Positions 56,100 through 64,000 of a stretch of 64,000 bases of DNA are shown here, in pieces. Source of the stretch: Eledone cirrhosa (Eukaryota); NCBI GenBank assembly GCA_964016885.1, contig OZ024753.1, forward strand, positions 4,650,001 to 4,714,000, given 5' to 3'. The notes under the pieces were generated by a model. That model had not been told where the DNA came from. It saw nothing but the letters and a program-made list of their open reading frames with translations, and did not search any database. Position numbers and translations under genes: made by a program. Within the stretch, counting starts at the first letter, position 1; each line of letters starts with the position of its first letter.

Positions 56100-56245
56100 T
56101 GTAAAAGGTAAAGGGAAATAACAACACAATCATTACAGTATATGGAAGGGGTATATTAGGTTAACGCTTGATATACCAGAAAGAGGGTCTTAACGTTTCG
56201 GACGCTAGTCCTTCATCAGAAGAAAGAATGAGAAATAAGTTAGAT
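56100..56245 (-). mobile_element. Family E PLE-terminus-like remnant
   Basis: Homologous to 6870-7005; ends in (TA)n. Confidence 0.7.
56188..56223 (-). ncRNA. Minimal PLE-type hammerhead, intact
   Basis: UCUU-CUGAUGA-A-GGAC(UAGC)GUCC-GAAAC-GUU^AAGA; loop-less palindromic ACGU stem III. Confidence 0.85.
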
Positions 56246-56648
56246 TGAGGGGACGGGCGGGATGGAATTGGAAAAAATGTTTTTAGATAAAATAACAGGT
56301 CAATTCATGTTGACATTTCTTGCAAAACTGTTGGTGCTGGCGTTTTGTGTATAATTTATTTTTTAGAAAAGTGGATGATGAAATGGAAAAAAAAAACATT
56401 TTGTAAAAAGAGCTATACTTGAGCACGTGCGTAAGCATGAGGTAATAGTTTGGTAAGAATATCGAAGGTATAGATCAATTCAAATCTGTAGGACGAGTTT
56501 TGCTATAATTATTAAGACCAGTTACTACAACGGAGCAATACCAGGAACGTACGTTGTATATAAACCGATGTATATAAACCGGAAAATGTTTACTTAAAAA
56601 AGAAAATAAAGATGGATCTCACTGGAGGATGTAATAAAGTTAGGATAA

Positions 56649-56696
<48 letters not shown>

Positions 56697-58049
56697 AGGA
56701 TATACATCTATATATGACTGACCCAGTGGTACTTTAGACGAATGCATGATAGAGATTTGAGAATCAAGTTTATAAATCATCACACGTTACATCTTTCTCT
56801 CAATCTTTTTTGTTTTTCCTTGTGAACCATGAGAGAAAATTACTTTCTAGAGATCAGGATATATCTACTTGTTCAAAGATACTAGCTGAAATAGATATTC
56901 AATATGTGATACAATCTTTTGATGTCTGACATTACTTTCATGTGTGTGAAATAAATAGATATGCTTGTTTCGCTGTAGTTTACTGTAACATATATTTTGT
57001 CTTAAAGCATGAGTTTTCCTCATTTTAACGAGATAAAACGCATCATATGTCGAAAAAAGAAAATGTATATTGTTGATATAAAGGATTATAGATAATGTTT
57101 ATGATGAAGCTGTTGTTAGAGAGTCGTCAGTCAGTTACAGAGAAGAAAACTTGTGAAAAGATATGATATGCTTCTCATAATTATAGCAAGGAACTGCATA
57201 GCTTTAAGGATTAAAGGATTTGATAAGTCATAAGCAATATCCGAATATTTCAGGAATTCTTAAGTTCAAATATCATGTATAAGCCTAATGAATATTAATT
57301 GAAGCTTACCAAGACAATACGTGTAACGAATAAAGAGATTATAAGAAATAGTCCAGAAGAAACTAAAGTGAAGAAGGAAAGAATCATACATACAATTTTG
57401 TTGAAAATAAGTGATTTACTTTGGCAAGAAATGTAAAGCAAAAATCAAACCAGTAGAATCGATTTTTATATATTTCTGTATACACTTCTTCAAACTGCTT
57501 AATAATATCATTTTATTTATTGTCTGTAGAATAGAGATATCCGTTACAAAATGTTGAAACCTTTATACAGTGATGATATCGATATGCCACATCTACAATC
57601 GTTAAGTCTGATATGTGGGGATTAGATCGAGTAAAGTATGAATAGATTTTTTACATATTTATTCTTCAGAGATCGACGTTTTCCTTTCATTGCCGAAGTC
57701 GGTAACATAAGTACCAGAGGTTTATTTAGGTCGATTAATTATAACAGTAGATAACGTTATCATAAAATGAATTAATTGATAGAAAAGGCAGACCACATTA
57801 GGTATGTTCAGTATCATTCTACAATCTTAAGATAATAGATTTTATAAATTTCAAGTGTCGTACATGATTTATAAGGATTCCAAGCGTCTTGGTTTTCAAG
57901 CCGTTAATCACTTCTAGTAAACCAAATATTTCTATGGTTATTTGTATTGTTAAACGCTACAGAATATGTCCATGATAATTTCAAGCAAACACCTCCGACG
58001 CCCATACCTTCCATATATTCCTGAGGTGAATAAACGATTCTCGGTTTGA

Positions 58050-58197
58050 ACATGCCCTACACCAATCTCAACCCCTATGTACTGTGACATGTCCTACACC
58101 AACCTTTAGTTCTATGGACTATAACATGTCCTACACCAACCTTTAGTTCTATGGACTATAACATGTCCTACACCAATCTCAACCCCTATATATTGTA
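58050..58197. repeat. 37-bp minisatellite x4 (ABBA variants)
   Basis: ACATG(C/T)CCTACACCAA at 58050, 58087, 58124 and 58161. Confidence 0.9.
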
Positions 58198-58368
58198 ACA
58201 CCCCCCTGCAACATGCTCTACCCCTATGGTGTGACTAGTTATTACTGTTGCTAGATGTCCAAAACAAAGCTTCACATTATTGAAAAAAAAACGATATCAG
58301 TAATATCAAATTTTCTCTCTTCTGCAAAATGGTGCAATATTCATACCTCGTTCCTACTCCTTATTATC

Positions 58369-58494
<126 letters not shown>

Positions 58495-58496
58495 CA

Positions 58497-58574
<78 letters not shown>

Positions 58575-59391
58575 ATGTATGTATGTGTATGTATGTATGT
58601 GTGTGTATGTATGTATGTATATATGAATGCGTACGAATATGTATGTATAAACGCAGAGAAAGTGTGAAGAGAAGAGGTGAATAGGTATTAATTCAGTAGT
58701 AATTGAACTGAATTTCTAGATAAATGAGGACTTATGAAAACTGAACAATACTGAGTGAGACGGCCGTGTTATGAATTTAATGTAGAGACATATCCCATAA
58801 ACTATTTTGCCGATTGACCCACAGCATTTTCTTTTTCATTTATAAGGTAAATTGATTTCTTGCATATTTACAAATCCTCGGAGATTGCAACCATTAATAA
58901 ATTCTGCCGATCTATATCTTGGAGACAGCATGTATTAAATTTAATCAGAGATCATATCATTTGACATCTCAATAATTTATCTCTGCTGAGGGCGTCTGTT
59001 TCTTGTGATATCTCTATTTGACATCATTGTGATGCATTTTTTATAATTGATAACTTCTTATTATGCCTGTCTAGTTTCCAATTACAGACTGTCTGAAAAA
59101 CTGACATCGTGTTTCTTTAAGCGCTGCTACGACTCATACACAAATAATGTAAAAATATATTCTGACTTCAGGGTAAATTTAGAAGAGTGAATTCTATTTT
59201 AGGCACCATGGCAGGAGAGATGATCTCACGCACACTCTCAATTCGTTGAACCTATTTCATATTAGTTATCATAATATATATTTTAACACTATATAACGTT
59301 CTGTCCTATGCGTTATTTTCACATACATACAATATCCAATATCAAATATCAAATATCAAATATCAAACAACGTCCAGTTATTATTATTATT

Positions 59392-59440
59392 AATGCACTG
59401 GGTAATTGCTGGCCTTGTGCCTAAAGTAGAAACAATTATT
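59392..59440 (+). mobile_element. SINE family A 3' fragment
   Basis: AATGCACTGGGTAATTGCTGGCCTTGTGCCTAAAGTAGAAACAATT. Confidence 0.85.
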
Positions 59441-59534
59441 ATTATTATTATTATCTCTCTTGAGGTCACTGGTTGTGACTTGGTGATAACTCGTATGAAC
59501 ATATTATTATTATTATTATTATTATTATTGTTGT

Positions 59535-59823
59535 TATTCCTTGAATCTCAGTCATTGATGTTGGTTAACTGGAAAGTCCGTTGGATTGAATATCAAGCCA
59601 CTACCTGCAGCCTCAGATATTCAGGACGTATCGGAGGGTTCTTGCTGTTCCAAGCAAGCATGCCTTTTGAAGCGTTCCAAAAAGCGTGAAGGGGCCGATT
59701 TTCTTTAACCATCCCTGGAAACTTTTGGAGATAGTCCCCAGTGCGCCTATGACAATCGGGATCACTTTGACTTCATGGCAGTTCCAAATCCTTTTCACCT
59801 CCCACTTTAGGTCCTGGTATCGG
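59535..59823 (-). pseudogene. R4/Dong-clade LINE 3' end inserted in (TAA)n
   Basis: YQDLKWEVKRIWNCHEVKVIPIVIGALGTISK...LQKACLLGTARTLRYVLNI*; TAA repeats on both sides. Confidence 0.88.
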
Positions 59824-59827
59824 TTAA

Positions 59828-59867
<40 letters not shown>

Positions 59868-59874
59868 TTATCGA

Positions 59875-60130
59875 TCCTTACGGGGTCGATAAAATAAAGT
59901 ACCAGTAATGCACTGGGTAATTGCTGGCCTTGTGTCAAAAGTAGAAACAATTATTATTATTATTATCATTATTTACGTCCCTTTACGGTCTGAGTTTACG
60001 TCCCTTTACGGTCTGAGTTCAAATCCCGCCGAGGTTGACTTTGCCTTTCATCCTTACGAGGTCGATAAAATAAAGTACCAGTAATGCACTGGGTATTTGC
60101 TGGCCTTGTGCCTAAAGTAGAAACAATTAT
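59875..60130 (+). mobile_element. Two 5'-truncated SINE family A copies
   Basis: Core plus tail at 59875-59955; B box, core and tail at 59973-60130. Confidence 0.88.
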
Positions 60131-60383
60131 TACTATCATTATTATTATTATTATCCCATTACACTAAGAATTCGATATCGCATAATCCATAGCAAGCCAT
60201 TCACTTTGTATCGGATACTAGTTTTTAATCGGGAGCAGCTTACGTATAAAGCAGGAGCTAAAATTTAGGGCGGCATGAAATACGAAAATGTCTAGCTAGA
60301 TCAAACTAACAAAACACAACACTTCCTATGTGTGTGAAGCAAAAGGGTGCATTAGACGCTCGCAAAGCTCCAGTGTTTACAGC

Positions 60384-60602
60384 GAGATTAAGTGGAATGT
60401 AAAAAGAAATATTTCGAGAACTGCTCTGATAATGGGGAAATTACCTCGATCTGCAAACATTTGCAACCAAATCTTCGAAAAGACAAAAATCTACTGACAT
60501 GCAAATGATATAGAACATATTAGATGTTTTAGTCCTAGATAACTAAAACAATAACCGGTAAATCATGTCTGGAATGTTTCTTTTTACATTCCACTTAATC
60601 TC
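60384..60602. repeat. 32-bp inverted repeat, MITE-like
   Basis: GAGATTAAGTGGAATGTAAAAAGAAA(T/C)ATT at 60384 and its reverse complement ending at 60602. Confidence 0.7.
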
Positions 60603-61319
60603 AAATGTTTAAACTTATATAAACCCAGATGATAAAAGGCCTACATTTACTAAAAAGGCTAAGTCTGGGAATGAATAATCACAAAGAAAGGTAACGATAT
60701 GTATGTTCTCAATCCTTCTCATTTGCTTTGTAAATATTTACCAAAATTTAAATTAACAGGTTTTATTCAAGACAAATCACCAGATCTCCTTACCTGTTAT
60801 TAACCACCTACGAGCAATATTTCAAATTGAATATTAACGATATGAAGTCACCATGTTATCCAATAAGTATAACATCATGGAAGGGTTTTAGGTGGATTTC
60901 TGGTTCATCAGGATTCAATCTAAATTCCATTTTATGTCATTTCTCCAGAACACACAGCATAGAAATTTGTACACTAAATACATAGTTTAATATACACACA
61001 AATACAATAATATACAATAATATTGGACGAAAAGGATTCTGACGTTTTGTTGTTGACAATTTGTTTGAAAAGCAGAATTGTGTAAACCTTTTTCCACGAC
61101 CAGCAAACGAAGGAACAGTTGTTAAACGACATGTGCCTCCCAAAGATATCACTCATTCGTCTGTACAATGTTTGCGACTACAAATCACAACACTTTCCTC
61201 GGAGACTGACTGTCTTGTTGTTTTACTTGTTACTAATTTCATGATGTTGGACGATCAGATTGGATCGAGCATTGAATAAAATGTAAGTGCAGTAGTTTTT
61301 CTAGATTTGTATATTCTCA

Positions 61320-61455
61320 GTTTAAATCACGCAGATTTCAAAATTGCCTTTCATCCTCCCAGACTCGATACGATAAAGTAACAGTCACGTACTGGAGTAC
61401 CTCTAATCAATTTTGCCCACTCCCAAACTAGTTGGCCTTGTTCCTAGGCTAGACG
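61320..61455 (+). mobile_element. Old SINE family A relative
   Basis: TTGCCTTTCATCC...TCGATA..ATAAAGTA.CAG...TGGCCTTGT. Confidence 0.55.
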
Positions 61456-61984
61456 CCAATATATATACAATTCTTTAACAGTGTAAATGTTTACCAAATG
61501 TTATGTTTAATTTTAATGTCTTGAAATATATAGAAAAATGTAATTGACTATTCATTCCTAGAAACATTTTCTTTTTAATCATTAACGATTTCAGAATACT
61601 GTTTGAAGTTTTATTGTCTCGTAAGCAATCTTTCGCTTTCATCTTCCGTTAAGAGTTTTTCTGAAAAATAAAGAAAGAAAATCAAAGCTAACCTACGTAA
61701 AAACGATTATTTATTTGCCATTGTGGTTTTAATTTGATTTTGTATTATAGATTCTTTAATATTTCTTTAAATCATTGATCTAATTTTTAGATCTAAATAA
61801 TTAGGAACATTTCTATATAATTAGACTTGACGGCGGTTTGAAGCTCTAAGTCTATCAAACAAGTAAGCTAGGACAATGACCCATTTCGTTTACCTTATGA
61901 TGAATAGACTTGAAAACGTTAAATATATTTCATTTCATAGTAGTGTATGTGATTATGAGTATTTGCATAACTATGATTATTCTT

Positions 61985-62192
61985 CCTAGCATTGGCACAG
62001 TATTAACAATATATGGGAAGGGGAGGAGAACGTCAATTATATCGACACCAGTAACAACCTTGGCGGACCGAATGCACGATCTTGAACGGTTACAAGGTGT
62101 AACAGTTCAGATTTGAACTCGGAACGTAAAGGACCATAGCTTCAAAGCATGGTGTCTGACGCTCTACTGATACTGCCAAACCACCGCCCTTT
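61985..62192 (-). mobile_element. SINE family A relative
   Basis: Reverse head GATTTGAACTC...ATACTGCCAAACCACCGCCCT. Confidence 0.75.
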
Positions 62193-62216
62193 ATTATTAT
62201 TACTAATAATAATAAT

Positions 62217-62702
62217 GGAATTTCGTATTTCTAAAGAAATATGGTATGTTTATCATAAACATTTCGAAAGCCGTAGCTATCCAAAACGCCCGCGGCTATC
62301 GCCACCTGGTGGTGTCCATCAGAAGCGAGGGGGACAATCGTTGATGCGCATTTCGAACTGAAATGGTTCTTAACAGGATGATCTCTCCTGTCCTGCTCTT
62401 CCACTGCTGGACTTTGAAAACAGGCAAGAATATATAGTTTTCTCGTGTGTGTAAATGAGGTGATTAATCTCATTTGCATATGAAGCTGTGTAAGCTGGCT
62501 CAACTTAGAATAGAATTAGAATTTAGCTTCGAGCATAGCTTTATACAGACATGTATCGGAATTTCGTATTTCTAAAGAAATACGGTATGTTTATAATAAA
62601 CATTTAGAAAGCCATAGCTATGCAAAAGCACCCGCGGCTATCGCCGCCTGGTGGTGTCCAGCAGAGGCAAAGGGGTTTATTATAAACATATCGTATTTCT
62701 TT
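62217..62702. repeat. 341-bp partial tandem unit (~1.35 copies) ending in a 27-bp fold-back
   Basis: GGAATTTCGTATTTCTAAAGAAATA at 62217 and 62558; AAAGAAATACGGTATGTTTATAATAAAC reversed at ~62674-62702. Confidence 0.8.
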
Positions 62703-64000
62703 ACCATATTTCTGGTTTTAAATGCCCAAACACAGTATATATGACGATGGCACCCCAAGTACTTCCTCGGGTGTTACAGCTAAATATGAACATATATGTT
62801 ACTGCAATATACTAGTTACTTCATTTTTATATTTACTAGATAATTACCTATATGAATACTAAGCCACAAATAAATGATCTTATTGAATTTTTTCGGAGAC
62901 AGTTAAGTAATGGAAGTAAGAAAGCACAGCATGAAATATCTATATAAAAATCAGTAAGCAGAATGTTGCTTGTTAATTATGATGTTTTTCACTAACCATT
63001 GTCATATCGACAGAATTGACGTTTACGAAATATTTTCACAACAAACTACATATTGCTTAAATATACAAATATACGACACAACGAGAGAGATTCCCCCAAT
63101 TTCTCCACCAACTAGAAATCCCCCCAAAGTGTCCGAAATAGGAGATAATATACTCCACCATGCCCCAAACAGAAGGAACCATCACGGCTGGGATACATTT
63201 GATTATAGCACTGCTCAATTACAGTTGACACCGGCGTAAAAATCAGCTTACCAAATAATACCACTTACCAAATAATATCACTACAGTTACATACGTATGC
63301 CATATATTTTATAAATCTTAATCTATGTTTAATTGTATCCATTATGATTTTACACCACTTTCGTAATCCAAGACACATCACATGAATCTGCAAGGAAACC
63401 ATCTTAAGCATCAAAGTCATCTTCTTCATTATGATCTTCGTTATCAGCAATGTGACGAATGTGAAGAATGAAACCGCAAACAGATTCTATATTAGCAGGT
63501 ACAGTAGAAAGGATTACGAAATATCTGTACAGATACACTACGACGAGTCAGGTATTTACAGATATGCACATCTTTCAGATGATAGCAATACTAGGAGCAC
63601 GTTGCATGTGAAGTGAAATATTACAACTAGAATAGGAAAGATAACAATGAACCTACCTAAGGCACACAGAGTTCTGCTCGGTAAAGCAGTAAAAGCACGC
63701 AAGAAAAAAATATAACTAAGTAATAATAATATTAATAACAACAATAATAGTCATAATTTATTTTTGTTTTGTTTTTCTACATTGAGGTTGTTTTGCTGTT
63801 GTTGTTTTTTTTTTATTTTTGCAAATCATATGCTTTGTTTTTTAGAAAATAAAAATCAATAAAGGTTAACAGCTGAAAAGAACACCTATACATCTAAAAA
63901 TGATAAATCACCAACTCAGTGTTGTTGTTGCTGCTGTTGTTGTTCCTGTTGTTGTTATACATTATCTCCTCTGCTTACTATTTCATGTTTTGTTATTGTT

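Noticed and set aside
57300-57420. TNKEIIRNSPEE...LLKIS resembling an R4 endonuclease region
   Set aside because: Too degenerate to support
58050-58197. CRISPR-like repeat-spacer array
   Set aside because: The 'spacers' are duplicated and mutually similar, the context is eukaryotic, and there are no cas genes
60893-60912. CTGATGA-ACCA-GAAA on the minus strand
   Set aside because: No room for stem II
61061-61287. Possible host exon ending at GTAAGT (61282)
   Set aside because: The frame stops before the donor, there is no good acceptor, and the peptide is unrecognisable; RNA-seq would be needed
62258-62325. Hammerhead in the 341-bp unit (CTGATGG...GAAA, minus strand)
   Set aside because: A9 is absent, stem II does not close at the core, and there is no stem I
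63431-63616. Ig-like peptide (ESGIYRY)
   Set aside because: Lacks the Ig Cys and Trp residues and is bounded by stops

Overview
This is AT-rich, microsatellite-saturated, non-coding eukaryotic DNA. The SINE repertoire and the (TA)n/(CA)n/(TAG)n density resemble a cephalopod (octopus-like) genome; that assignment is inference. No intact host gene is supportable, and almost all listed ORFs are microsatellite translations. Recognisable elements are tRNA-headed SINEs (two families), LINE remnants (RTE, R4/Dong, Vingi), a Penelope-like (PLE) GIY-YIG fragment and a mariner-type MITE. The main signal is a dense population of self-cleaving-ribozyme elements. A ~318-nt non-coding unit carrying a canonical type I hammerhead occurs as partial tandem arrays in head-to-head orientation at two loci (20.3-21.2 kb and 36.7-37.6 kb; 5 hammerheads, with covariation). 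This looks like a non-LTR retrozyme/circRNA-type element, and one locus sits beside the PLE endonuclease remnant. At least five further (TA)n-embedded PLE-terminus-like sequence types carry intact, decayed or fold-back-truncated hammerheads. An RTE 5' UTR has an HDV-like fold. All folds were derived by eye and none was computed.
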